Source: Octopus bimaculoides (Eukaryota). Taken from it: DNA of 62,555 nucleotides. The stretch is taken from the NCBI RefSeq assembly GCF_001194135.2, contig NC_068982.1:27410068-27472622 (forward strand), in the 5' to 3' direction. The translations under genes and the position numbers were made by a program. Below the pieces are notes generated by a model. It was not told where the DNA came from and did no database searches. It was given only the letters and a program-made list of their open reading frames with translations. Shown piece after piece: positions 24,707 to 37,640 of the stretch (its first letter is position 1; each line of letters opens with the position of its first letter).

Positions 24707-25369
24707 TTTTTTTTAATACTCTTTTATTAGTTGGACAGTTGATTGGCAAAATCATCAGAATGCCAGACAAAATAATGTCCTGTGTTGAAATCAGTTTGAT
24801 GTCTTTCAAACAACTCGCACATGCAAGTGCTACCAGTCGAGAACTCTGCATACCGGAAGCCAGCAAGTGTATGGGGTCATCAGGAGAGAATGCGCGCCGT
24901 TTTGGGGCCTACCTCTCGACAGCATCAATGCACACCGGTCCCCCTCACTGATATGAGGCCCCGCTTGCTAGATCAACTGGTTATTAAAAACAAAGCTCAA
25001 TATTTCTCTAGCCATCGCTCATCGTCTCTTTTTAACCAAATCCAGTGGCTAGCCTTCTCCACTGTATTTTGGATATCGGTCATGGTGGTATTTACCTTAC
25101 GATGAGTTAGGCCTAACTATAACAGCAGTCGTCTCACACTGTGTCCTACAAACTCTCTACATCCAACTTCGATTGGAAAATGCTCTGCTTTCCAGCCTGC
25201 ATCTTCACATTTCTCGAAGAGGTTTACATAACGGTCAATCTTTCGAGCCCGCACGGCTTCTATATTATCTTCAAGAATCAGCAAAAGAACGAGTCAATAG
25301 TCTACAAATGTTTTTCCCCTCAAAAATTGCTGGTCCTCTACCAAATTTAGAAACAATATTTCTTCGTTA
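24707..25369 (-). mobile_element. HERO-like (RLE-type) non-LTR retrotransposon, 5'-truncated
   Basis: Minus-strand translation 25272->24997: EDNIEAVRARKIDRYVNLFEKCEDAGWKAEHFPIEVGCREFVGHSVRRLLL*LGLTHRKVNTTMTDIQNTVEKASHWIWLKRDDERWLEKY*, matching the P(I/V)EVGCRG and EKAS.W(I/L)W C-terminal motifs. Followed by a 3' UTR, AATAAA (24728-24723) and an A8 tail; possible 6-bp TSD AATGAC (24701-06 / 25370-75). Confidence 0.75.
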
Positions 25370-25499
25370 AATGACTGTGGAGTCTCAATCTTGTAAAATT
25401 AGAATTTTACAAGATTGGCTCATTTTGTGCCTATCTTGTATGAATTGTCTTCTGAGTCTATTAAGAGTTATTTTAAATGTCAGCTTTGTTTATTCCATC

Positions 25500-25900
25500 C
25501 ATCAACCCATTTTCTGCACCTTCTACTCCTGAGAAAAAGTCATGGGATAGAATTCTTGGACACCTCCACCGCAGGGTCCTAGCAGAAGTAATAGTCATTG
25601 CACATTCTGGCTTGATAACCAAATATCAACAACCGAGATTGTGGATATTTATCCAGCCATCTCATTCTTGGTTTGATTCTATGTCTTCTGCCAGTTGGTT
25701 TAACTTTAAGAATCTGTCGTGCTTCTTTCCTGCAATATATTCTAATCACATGTCTGTAGTACCAGATCTGTAATCTTTCAATGTGGAGAAGTAGTGGCTT
25801 GACTGGGAGAGATACCCTGATCTCCGAGCTAAGAACCATTTCGAAATGGTTACACCAGAAGTCCTTTGGAGGAACACCATTTTGGCCATTTGTATTCACA
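25500..25900 (-). mobile_element. Older RTE-clade (Rex3/Expander-like) LINE 3' fragment
   Basis: SEIRVSLPVKPLLLHIERLQIWYYRHVIRI...ARQILKVKPTGRRHRIKPRMRWLD; homologous copy on + at about 38150-38830. Confidence 0.7.
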
Positions 25901-26869
25901 ATCGTACTCTTTCAGTCATTAACCCAATGTTCACGACTATATGTGAGGGTAGGCACATAAACTGATTTGAAGACAGATGTTCATTTGTATCCTTTTCAGT
26001 CCATCAATAAATGCTAAGCCTCCAGAAAGACATTCAGTTATAAAATACAGTGCTTCATGTAAACATGCAGGACTATCACTCTTTGAATAACTTCAGGGAC
26101 TGTAGAGGCTCTTAAAGCCTGTGTCTGGTGGCATTAAATATGTGAGAACTGAATTGTTGTCTGAATATGCATCACCAGAATATAGTGTATTTCCCAAATT
26201 TTTAAGGTTAAGAGACATGCAGAAAGAATTCAGTGGAGTTAACTGTTATGATATCATCTGCGGATTTTGGCACAAGGTCAGTAATTCAAAATGGTTTTTG
26301 ATGGTAAGCCATAACAATATTTTGGCAGAACGTGGGGAACGTTAGAACTGAGGGCTTGTGAACTTTAGCTGCCCGCATTATAGATTTTTACTTCTAACTG
26401 CCCATTTTGGTTCACTTCGTAATGGTCAGGTCCATTTAGTTTTACCTGGACCGCAAACATCTTTAACGTATTGGACTGGCCTGATGTCTATTCGTCAGTT
26501 ACAAAATGGGAAGTTCTAGCTCATTAAGTCCCCAGGAAGGAAATTTTTTGCAACAAGCGACCAGGGACCTTGACATGAAGATAATGTAATTTCGGTATAT
26601 TAATGAAATTTTTATAGAAATACTGTTCAAATGGCATAGATTATGATTATAAAAAAATTTGTGGGGAAAATGTTTCCCAAAGAGGTGAGGAGAGGACTTT
26701 CGGAAAATTCACACGATCAATTTTTTTCCCTCATGACCTTCAGGAAAATGGATATCTCATAATGAAATTTTACAGAAACACCTTTCAAACGGCCATAGAT
26801 TACGATTATAAAGAAAATTAGGGGGGGGGTATATATACATACATACATACATACATATACATGCGTTCA

Positions 26870-27276
26870 TCTTGGTTGGTAGTTATTTGACGGCAACGGT
26901 CGGAGAGAGGAAGGTATAACTTAGCTGCCTCTATGAAGAACTTGTGCAACAGACTTTCTTCATGTTGAGCAGTTATAAGTATCTTGCAAGATATCGTTGT
27001 AGATATTTTGATCGAATTCTTGGCTCTTGGATTGATTCTTTCATGTCTCGCCAAAGTCTTTCAATGTTTTGTGTGTGTATGTTTCTGTGTGCTATCTTCA
27101 AAATTGTTAGAGTGAGACATTTTCCCATCGTTGTTTCAATGTGGGCATATCACTATGTTTGATAATATTCCATGTGAACGAAGGAACTCAACTGACTTTT
27201 GATCGTTACAGTGAAAAGTGTTGATGTATTCATAGTAACCAAAATTACAATTTTGACAAATATTGACATTCTCCAT
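26870..27276 (-). pseudogene. Merlin transposase relic (N- and C-termini joined, catalytic middle deleted)
   Basis: MENVNICQNCNFGYYEYINTFHCNDQKSVEFLRSHGILSNIVICPH* ... SHSNNFED ... HTQNIERLWRDMKESIQEPRIRSKYLQRYLARYL ... EESLLHKFFIEAAKLYLP. HTQ-IE-LW is the IS1595/Merlin DDE-Glu motif. Two frameshifts and one stop. Confidence 0.8.
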
Positions 27277-27477
27277 TCTCGAGCACTAGTTTTCAAATGT
27301 GACGATATCGGAAATGAAACGAAGGATAGATTTCAAGTAAACCCAACTATGGCCTTTCAAACGGCATAGATTACGATGATAAAGAAATTTGTGGAATATT
27401 GGTGGAATATAAGCAATAATAAAAAAAAAGAAGTGTGTGTGTGTAAGAAAAAATATTTTCTATCAGAAAAGTATGAG

Positions 27478-27985
27478 CGTGTGAATTTTTCTAGGGTCCT
27501 CTCCCCACCCCTTCGGAAAACATTTTCCCCACACATTTCTTTATAACTGTAATCTATGCCGTTTGAAAGGTGTTTCTGTAAAATTTCATAGATATATATC
27601 CATTTTCCTGAAAGTTATGAGGGAAAAAATCGGATCGTGTGAATTTTCCGAAAGTCCTCTCTCCACCACTTCGGAACCCGTTTTTCCCACAAATTTCTTT
27701 ATAATTGTAATCTATGCCATTTGAATGGTATTTCTATGACATATCATTGATATATATCCCTTTTCCTGATAGTTATGAGGGAAAAATCAGATCGTGTGAA
27801 TTTTCCGAAAGTCCTCTCTCCACTCCTTCGGAACCCGTTTTTCCCACAAATTTCTTTATAATTGTAATCTATGCCATTTGAATGGTATTTCTATGACATA
27901 TCATTGATATATATCCCTTTTCCTGATAGTTATGAGGGAAAAATCAGATCGTGTGAATTTTCCGAAAATCCTCTCCCCACCTCAC
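27478..27985. repeat. Tandem array of 157-bp units (about 3.2 copies), inverted relative to 26596-26820
   Basis: atcgtgtgaattttccgaa recurs at 27634, 27791 and 27948; the last two units differ at about 2 positions. Confidence 0.9.
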
Positions 27986-29070
27986 GTTTGTTAGCGCAAA
28001 TTCTTGTTTTCATATTCGTTTTCTACACATATTTTTACACCTAATAGACTTTTTATTTTAGTTTGGTGACGGGGAGTCAAACTATATATTAACCGTAATT
28101 TCAAGCTGCAGTCTGAACATATTTCAAGCCAGAATCTCTGAAGTTAAGTTTCGCATTTCTACCAACCTCTGAATAGAAGTAACCAGAATTATTGTGACAC
28201 AGTATTCAGGTTTTTCTTTAACCTCTATTCTATATTTTGATGAACATTTGAATGTTTTAACAGTTTGCTTTATAAAATTTCTGCAATTTTAATAAACATT
28301 TCTTCACGGTCTATTGTAATTTGTGTCTGAACTCATTTAACAGAACTTACTACAAATACATATTTCCTCATATTATACTATACTCGCTTCAAACTTATGA
28401 AGTGGAGCCTGAAACGAAGTTCAAAAACACATTTCAAGGGAGATAATTGTGTCAGTTAACAGAAAAAATAAAACAAGTACTGTAGAGTTTTCTCCCTTGA
28501 TACACGACTAACTAAGTATTGTATATTAAGTATTTTAGTGGGGTTTTTTTTCCACAAACACTGAACATTAAAATGTGTAATGCTTCAGGTCTACGATCTA
28601 AATTTCTGATAAAGAAATAAACTTTAAACCAACTGTCTCATCAAAGAAGATTTAATTCTCAAGGAAAGCAATTTTATGCTGTTAAAGCTCTTGAGAAAAA
28701 CATGATTTTTCCCTTTCTAGTCCCAAATAAGTCTTGCATTAAGAAAAATACTCAATAAGCATAACGTAACACTAATTGTATTGACCTGTAATGGAACAGG
28801 GACAACTGATGAAGGGAAATATTCTTTATGTTGCATGTCTCGTTTCTCTGTTTTTGTTTTTTTTTTTGTTTTTTTTTTCGTTGTTCGGAAAAAAGTTTGT
28901 TTTCTGTCTTCGTCTTTATGTTTTCGTTTCTCATTGTGTTTAACGTTTTTTGTGATGTTCTGTACCCATATATGCATGTATGTATACATATAGATGTAGG
29001 TATGTACATATATGTATGGATATATGCATGTATTATCTATATATATAAATATATAAATATATATATAACC

Positions 29071-30190
29071 GTTAGAATAAGAATAGCCTGGGCAAAGTTC
29101 AGAGAGCTCTTACCTCTGCTGGTGACAAAGGGCCTCCCGCTCAGAGTAAAAGGCAGACTGTATGACGCATGGCAGTGAAACATGGGCCGTGACTGCTGAG
29201 GACATACGTAAGCTCGCAAAGAATGAAGCCAGTATGCTCCGATGGATGTGTAATGTCAGTGTGCATACTCGACGGAGTGTAAGTACCTTGAGAGAAAAGT
29301 TGGGCCTAAGAAGCATCCGTTGTGGTGTGCAAGAGAGACGATTGCGCTGGTATGGTCATGTGGCGAGAATGGAAGAGGATAGCTGTGTGAAAAAGTGCCA
29401 CACCCTAGTGGTTGACGGAACCTGTGGAAGAGGTAGATCCAGGAAGACCTGGGATGAGGTGGTGAAGCACGACCTTCGAACATTAGGCCTCACTGAGGCA
29501 ATAACTTGTGACCGAGACCTTTGGAAATATGCTGTGCGTGATAAGACTCGGCAAGACAAGTGAAACCATAACCCGTAGCCTTTACCAGGAGTGTAGCCAG
29601 CCCACTTATGCGTACCTTTCCTTCTTTTGACACAAAACTCTGCTTGCGAAAACCTGTTAAAGCAAGTGAAATTGAAATCAAATTCAAAATCAAACCAAAT
29701 GAAAGTGAAATCAAAATTGAACCAAATTCGATGACTGGCATCTGTGCCAGTGGAGCGCTAACAGCTCCATCCGAACGGGATCACTGCCAGAGCAGCTGTG
29801 TGGCTTCCATGCCGGTGGCACGTAAAAGGCACCATTTGAGCGTGGTCGTTACCAGCGTCGCCTTACTGGCACTTGTGCCGGTGGCACGTGAATAAAGCAT
29901 TCAAGTGAGGTCGTTGCCAGTGCCGCTGGAGTGACTCCTGTGCAGGTGGAAAGTAAAAAACACCATTTGAGCGTGGCCGTTGCCAGTACCGCCAGATTGG
30001 CCCTCATGCCGGTGGCACATAAAAACACCCACTACACTCTGGCGTTAGGAAGGGCATCCAGCTGTAGAAACTCTGCCAGATCAGATTGGAGCCTGATGCA
30101 GCCATCTGGTTCGCCAGTCCTCAGTCAAATCGTCCAACCCATGCTAGCATGTAAAGTAGACATTAAACGATGATGATGATAATGATGATG
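29071..30190 (+). mobile_element. 5'-truncated RTE LINE (ORF C-terminus + 3' UTR + (GAT)n tail)
   Basis: RIRIAWAKFRELLPLL...KGRLYDA / HGSETWAVTAED...RRLRWYGHVARMEED...GRGRSRKTWDEVVKHDL...DRDLWK (stop 29563); frameshift near 29170; tail gacattaaacgatgatgatgat. Confidence 0.9.
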
Positions 30191-30456
30191 ATATAAATAT
30201 ATATATTTTTGGGGAGAATGTATGGGTGAGCATGTGTGTGTTTCAAGTGAGGGTGGATGAGTATATACATATAGGCACATGTACGTGGGTGTGCAGGTGT
30301 GCATGTGCATGTATGGACATGCGCGCTTACGTGATTACTATGAACATTTTTACTCCTTCCCTTTACTTAGCAGTCATTCTAATAGCCCTTGTCTTAAAAC
30401 GGTCAGTCACACAGTAATATCCCTTTGTTTAACAGTCATTTTCATAGCATTTTTTT

Positions 30457-30538
30457 TCGATGGCCTGATAACTGAAGAGATGCCGGCATGGGTTTCCACC
30501 CTGACATCTGAAACTCGGAGTTTTATCATGGCTATCGA
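30457..30538 (+). ncRNA. Type-I hammerhead ribozyme fold (Penelope/retrozyme-like)
   Basis: Stem I TCGATGGCC-TGATAA pairs with TTATCA-T-GGCTATCGA; core CTGAAGA 30472-78; stem II GATG...CATC; GAAA 30510-13; near-palindromic stem III ACTCGGAGT; triplet GUU 30520-22. There is one extra T (30509) before GAAA. Confidence 0.65.
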
Positions 30539-31902
30539 ATAATTGTCACATATTATATTTACAGATATATATATATATATATATAGTGTAATGGCTAGCT
30601 GAGTCTGAAGAGGAAGGGAATACCATAAAAAATGTCAACAGTTCAGAACTGCACACTAGTGTCATATTGCATCTTTGATCCAAGGAATTCGTGAATCAAT
30701 ATATGTAGCTGTGCGGTTTGCTTCCCAGCTACAAGATTCCAGGTTCAGTCCCACTGTGTGGCACCTTGGGGAAGTGTCTTCTACTACAGCCACAGGCCAA
30801 TCAAAGACTTGTGAGTGGATTTGGTCATTGGAAGCTGAAAGAAACCTGTGTGTGTGTGTGTGTGTGTGTNNNNNNNNNNNNNNNNNNNNNNNNNNNNNNN
30901 NNNNNNNNNNNNNNNNNNNNNNNNNNNNNNNNNNNNNNNNNNNNNNNNNNNNNNNNNNNNNNNNNNNNNNNNNNNNNNNNNNNNNNNNNNNNNNNNNNNN
31001 NNNNNNNNNNNNNNNNNNNNNNNNNNNNNNNNNNNNNNNNNNNNNNNNNNNNNNNNNNNNNNNNNNNNNNNNNNNNNNNNNNNNNNNNNNNNNNNNNNNN
31101 NNNNNNNNNNNNNNNNNNNNNNNNNNNNNNNNNNNNNNNNNNNNNNNNNNNNNNNNNNNNNNNNNNNNNNNNNNNNNNNNNNNNNNNNNNNNNNNNNNNN
31201 NNNNNNNNNNNNNNNNNNNNNNNNNNNNNNNNNNNNNNNNNNNNNNNNNNNNNNNNNNNNNNNNNNNNNNNNNNNNNNNNNNNNNNNNNNNNNNNNNNNN
31301 NNNNNNNNNNNNNNNNNNNNNNNNNNNNNNNNNNNNNNNNNNNNNNNNNNNNNNNNNNNNNNNNNNNNNNNNNNNNNNNNNNNNNNNNNNNNNNNNNNNN
31401 NNNNNNNNNNNNNNNNNNNNNNNNNNNNNNNNNNNNNNNNNNNNNNNNNNNNNNNNNNNNNNNNNNNNNNNNNNNNNNNNNNNNNNNNNNNNNNNNNNNN
31501 NNNNNNNNNNNNNNNNNNNNNNNNNNNNNNNNNNNNNNNNNNNNNNNNNNNNNNNNNNNNNNNNNNNNNNNNNNNNNNNNNNNNNNNNNNNNNNNNNNNN
31601 NNNNNNNNNNGTGTGTTTGTGTGTGTTTGTGTGTGTGTGTGTTGAACTCTCCTGTTGAACATGACAAATGCAGGTTCAGCAATTTCTTGTTGAACAATCT
31701 GCACAGATGATTTGCTTACAGTCATCAAACGTTTATGTTGTACATTAGCTCACTCCATCCACCAAATCAACAGTGCCTGTACAGGTGCATGGTGTTCCAC
31801 ATGTCAGATAAGGAAGTGATCGCAAAGCAAATCCCAGTCTGGGAACTGAATCCATGATCTTGTGATCATGACTGCAATATCTTAACCACTAGACCATACA
31901 CC

Positions 31903-31936
<34 letters not shown>

Positions 31937-32467
31937 TGCGGTATGTGTGTGTGTGTGTGATGATTCAACAAGTTTTATGAGAAGGCATATTTAATCACTA
32001 CAAACAGTAAAAATACTATAGAATTTTATGAATATTCTATAAACTTACAGCCAAATTAAAATGAGTCTCTAATTGTCTCATTATTCACAGCGTGAAGAAT
32101 ATATCTTCAGAAGAGCCTCAACATTCACATGTTTTATGGAATATTGTTTAAGTTGTTTTCTCTTTTGAATTTCAGTTGTGTCAAAGTGATAACTTTTAAT
32201 CTGCCTTCAGAAGATACCTCTTCTATTTCACAAGTAAAGACTGCAGACATGGTTATGTGGTTAAGAGGCTTGCTTCCCCACTGTGTAGTCTTGAGTTCTG
32301 TCCCACTGTGTGATCTTGGGTCCTGTCCCACTGTGTGATTTTGGCTTCTGTCCCACTGTGCAGCACCTTGGACAAGTGTCTTCCTGGGCTGACCAAAGTT
32401 TTGTGAGTGGATTTTGTGTGATTTTGTAGACAGAAACTGGAAGAAGTTGCTGTGTATTATATAATAT

Positions 32468-33050
32468 TATCATCATCATCATCATCATCATCATCATCGT
32501 TTAACGTCCGCTTTCCATGCTAGCATGGGTTGGACGATTTGACTGAGGACTGGTGAAACCGGATGGCAACACCAGGCTCCAGTCTGATTTGGCAGAGTTT
32601 CTACAGCTGGATGCCCTTCCTAACGCCAACCACTCAGAGAGTGTAGTGGGTGCTTTTACGTGTCACCCGCACGAAAACGGCCACGCTCGAAATGGTGTCT
32701 TTTATGTGCCNNNNNNNNNNNNNNNNNNNNNNNNNNNNNNNNNNNNNNNNNNNNNNNNNNNNNNNNNNNNNNNNNNNNNNNNNNNNNNNNNNNNNNNNNN
32801 NNNNNNNNNNNNNNNNNNNNNNNNNNNNNNNNNNNNNNNNNNNNNNNNNNNNNNNNNNNNNNNNNNNNNNNNNNNNNNNNNNNNNNNNNNNNNNNNNNNN
32901 NNNNNNNNNCGCCTCGGTGAGGCCCAATGTACGAAGGTCTTGCCTCACCACCTCAGCCCAGGTCTTCCTGGGCCTACCTCTTCCACGGGTTCCCTCAACT
33001 GTTAGGGTGTGGCACTTTTTCACGCAGCTATCCTCCTCCATTCTCACCAT
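32468..33050 (-). mobile_element. 5'-truncated RTE LINE spanning a gap
   Basis: MVRMEEDSCVKKCHTLTVEGTRGRGRPRKTWAEVVRQDLRTLGLTEA (33050->32910), gap, then 3' UTR and (CAT)n tail at 32468-32710; same family as 29071-30190. Confidence 0.85.
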
Positions 33051-35769
33051 ATATATATATATATATATTTACACACACACATACGTACATGTGCATCCTT
33101 GTCTGGACATCATGTGATGGTTGTAAATGAGCATCATCATTGTCATACAAGCAAGGTTACCTGTTTCCAGTCTTCTGTGAAAAAAACATATCTGGCCATG
33201 AGGAAATATTACCTTGCTGAGAAACAGGCAAAGGTTGGTGACAGGAAGGGTATCCAGCTATAGAAAATCTACCTCAACAAATTCTGTCTGACCCATGCAT
33301 GCATGGAAAAGTGAATATCAAGTGATGATGATAAATTGTCTTAATGAGAAAAACAGTTGACAATGCAGAATAGATAATGTATTTAGATTTAGTTTTGACC
33401 AATAGTAACTAGGGTATATTTTTACAGTCAATACAAAGAAAAACAAGGTTTATTGGTGTTCAATAGGGCAAGAAACAGCTATTTTAGACAAGGTCCTTCG
33501 TTTTTTTTGCTCCAAAGTTTCAAACCAGATTATTCCTTGTATAAAGCAAGGTTCAACACCAAATGTTAGATATTTCTTCCACACAACACACTTTTATACT
33601 TCAGTCTTTGATTTTTCTTGGATGAATATTTCCAACAGAGACCAGCACCAGTTTCTTTGAGTTCTAGTATGTTTAAAATTCATCTGTTTTGCTGGTACAC
33701 ATGAACTGTAGTTCACACACCTTTCAAGTACATATGCATAAACACAATTTACAAGGCAAGAAATACAACTGTAGCCAATTGTGGAAAATGTAGTTCAGAA
33801 ACGCTTCGGTCATACAAACATCAGTGGATCCTGAAGTATAATCTGCTTCAGTCTCTATTTAACATTAAGGATTCTCTTTTGAGATTTTACTCTAAATATT
33901 TATACTGAATGGTGAGTGCTGCAAAGTAAGAGATAGGTACTTGCAATCTAAGTCTTTAAACAGCTTTTCATACTTAGTTGAAACAATTTCACTTTATATC
34001 ATAATTTTACATCATAATACCTGTAGAAAAGGCATTTGTGGTACAGACCCTATTTAGATATGTTCTAAAAAAAATCTTGCTTTATGGCAATTTTGAAAAG
34101 GGAACTGGAAACGATCTCACTGTATTTTAAATAACAATTCTGGATCTAGATGACTACAACATCTATGCATCTTTTGTTCATGTACAAGCTGTTTAAGTTA
34201 AATGAAAATGAAAGTAAAAATCTAATGAAAATGTTTAGAAATGCATGATTTTCAGGAAATCCCAAGGTTTCATAGATGTTGGGATCTGTAGATATATAAA
34301 ATCTGGCCTAACCACCAGTGTTGTTGTATGAGCATATAAAAGAAGTGAATAATTTTGTTGATGCAGTTTTACGATGTATCCTGCTAGTTCCAGACAAATA
34401 AAATCTAGTTTTTTAAATTTGAGAGCAAATACTTTAAAAATGCAAACCACAACATTGATATAAGATGAAGTTATCTTTGAATATGACAAAATGAATTAAA
34501 AATTATCAAGGCATTTTTAACTAATTGATTTATTAAAATAAAAATTAATAAAGTTTCACTGAAAATAATTGAAAGTGTTAACACCAAGGCAACTGGTATT
34601 GAGGCAATCCCAGATTTATTGATGAAATATGTTCAAATAAAAAAATATAAATTTGCAACAAAAAATATATAGCTGTGTACAAAAAAATGATTTAAAGCAA
34701 GTGACCAAAGTAAAAGAAGATAGTTTTTTAAAAAAATCAAACAATTTTTGGTTCTGAGCAGTAACAAAATTTTGGTTTCAAATAATTTTATAATGGAATA
34801 ATGAAGTTTCAAATCTCTTGCAACAGAACAAGGCCAATTCTTATAACAGAAGATTTTAATCAATTCAACCATTGTATATTACAGGTAAATATTATTAGGT
34901 TCCTAAAACGCTTGGAACTTGAAACTGAGAGGTGAAATTAAATACTGTACTACCTCAAGTTCAGCAATCTGCTGTTTTGGACATCTTTACCACTCTGTTC
35001 CATAAACAAATGCTGAACTCTGTTATAAATTACACAAACATGCATATATAGTGTTTTGCAAGGAATGTATATTGGTGACAACAGAATACATTCCAGATTA
35101 ATGAACTGAGGTACAATAGTCGAAAGACTAAAGAATGGACTACGGACCACATGATCACAAGTTCAAACTTTACAATCAACGTGTGGTGCCCTTGAGTAAG
35201 GCACATAATACTGCTTCCTCACTTTACCTACAGAACAAAAAACAAAAACAAAATGAAGTTTCTTATTCTGATAATCAAATAATTAGATGTGAAAAGGCTA
35301 TCTAGTATTTAAAAGAAATACTAAACAAAAAAGCTACCCCACCTATGAAAATGGGCAAAATTATATATCTCTAACCTGTAAAAAACAAAAAACATTTAAT
35401 AGATCAAAGCAGTGGATAGTTTATTTTTCTTTTATAAAAACAATATTTTCATCATTCAAATAGATGATGAATAAAGCTATGACAAATCTGTCATAAATAA
35501 AATTTACCTAAAGGATTGTTAAGATATTAAAAATAATATTTGCAGGCATCAGCTGCTTTCTATATGTCAGTTGCAAATATGGTCATGTAATAGAAAAATA
35601 AACTTCTATTACTTTCTTCATTATTTATTTCATTAAGTCACATTTCTTTTTTGTATAATTTAGAAGAAACCAAAGACCAACAAAATAGTTTCAGTTACAA
35701 GTTACAAAACTGTATCCAGAAATACTGAGAACATCCCAGGTATGTTATGCAATAGACATAATGCTATTA

Positions 35770-35831
35770 TACAAAAGTATATATGTATGTGTGTGTGTGT
35801 CTGTGTGTATATATACATATGAATACATATG

Positions 35832-35864
<33 letters not shown>

Positions 35865-36133
35865 GCATATNNNNNNNNNNATATATATATATGCATATAT
35901 ATATATATATATACACATATATATCCATATATATATATATATATACACTTAAATACATATATATACACACATATATATATATATATCTGTATATATATAG
36001 AACCATATAAATATACACTTAAATATATATATGTATAGAACCATATATAAATTTACTCTTATATATATATATATATAGAACCATATATATAAATACACAC
36101 ATATATATAGAACCATATATATAAATTTACTCT

Positions 36134-36164
<31 letters not shown>

Positions 36165-37373
36165 CATCATCATCATTGTCGTTTAACGCCCGCTTTCCAT
36201 GCTAGCATGGGTTGGACGATTTGACTGAGGACTGGTGAAACCAGATGGCTACACCAGGCTCATAGAATCAGATATATATATATATATATCTATATATATA
36301 TGTATAGAACCATATATATAAATATACATATATGTATGTATGTATAGTACCATATATATAAATTTACACTTNNNNNNNNNNNNNNNNNNNNNNNNNNNNN
36401 NNNNNNNNNNNNNNNNNNNNNNNNNNNNNNNNNNNNNNNNNNNNNNNNNNNNNNNNNNNNNNNNNNNNNNNNNNNNNNNNNNNNNNNNTATATATAGTGT
36501 ATGTATATATTTGTGTGTGTATGTGTATCTATTATAAAGAATATAGCTGTAACAATGAAACCAGGCCAAATAGTGATATGAAATCATTTAATGTATACAT
36601 TTCAGGATTTGTATAATATATAATAAGAAGTGTATCAATTACATAAATCTGCTTCAGTTAAAGCATTTCAAAAATATGAAGAAATTGATGAGGAAAATTT
36701 CAAAATATATGAGGTTCAGCTACTAAATTAGGAAGATAGATATATAATCAGGGGAAGAGAGAGAGAAAGACAAAGAGAAAAAGAGAGACCTCTCCTTTAG
36801 TCTTTTTCTTTATCCCTCCCCCACCTGTATACAGATATATCCCCTAACTTAGTAGCTGACTTACTGCTCTAACCGCATATATGTTGAGATACTTCCATTG
36901 ATTTCTTTATATATTTTAAATGCTTTAAGTGAGGAAGGTTTATGTAATGAATGCAATTCTTATCAAATATTATGCAAACTTGAAACATAAATTAAATGAC
37001 TTCAAAATATCACTATTTGGTTTGGCTTCATTATTACAACTAATATGACTCGATGCCATTACAAACTTGTCATTCTTGACTCCACTAATGTGGATACTCT
37101 AACAATGGTTTGGAGTAGTTTGTTATATTTGAATCAAGTTGAAAATTCTGGTATTATACACCGCTTATTAGCATAACACAAACATACATACATACATACT
37201 ACATATATATATNNNNNNNNNNNNNNNNNNNNNNNNNNNNNNNNNNNNNNNNNNNNNNNNNNNNNNNNNNNNNNNNNNNNNNTATATATATATATATATA
37301 TATATTTGATATATATGCATATATATATAGATACTTACATACATATATCTACATATCTATCTATCTATCTATC

Positions 37374-37409
<36 letters not shown>

Positions 37410-37469
37410 CACATATATATATATATGTATGTATATATCTATATATGTATATCTATATATCTACATATG

Positions 37470-37502
<33 letters not shown>

Positions 37503-37509
37503 TTACAAA

Positions 37510-37555
<46 letters not shown>

Positions 37556-37567
37556 CACATATATACA

Positions 37568-37600
<33 letters not shown>

Positions 37601-37640
37601 CACACATACATACACACTCATATATGTACACACATACATG
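35770..37640. repeat. Compound (TA)n/(CA)n microsatellite field with a tatagaaccatatat minisatellite and an embedded RTE tail (36164-36261)
   Basis: Direct inspection; three gaps lie within it. Confidence 0.9.

Larger units (their letters stand above)
26594..28094 (-). mobile_element. Merlin (IS1595/IS1016-like) DNA transposon, internally deleted
   Basis: GG...CC termini flanked by a perfect 8-bp direct repeat GTAATTTC (26586-93 / 28095-102); inverted arms built from a 157-bp unit; transposase relic inside. Confidence 0.8.

Noticed and set aside
24739-25370. Plus-strand ORFs as a novel or viral gene
   Set aside because: Antisense shadows of the HERO-like element.
27478-27985. Tandem array as a CRISPR-like locus
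   Set aside because: Eukaryotic DNA; 157-bp whole-unit repeats with no unique spacers; explained by the Merlin arm.
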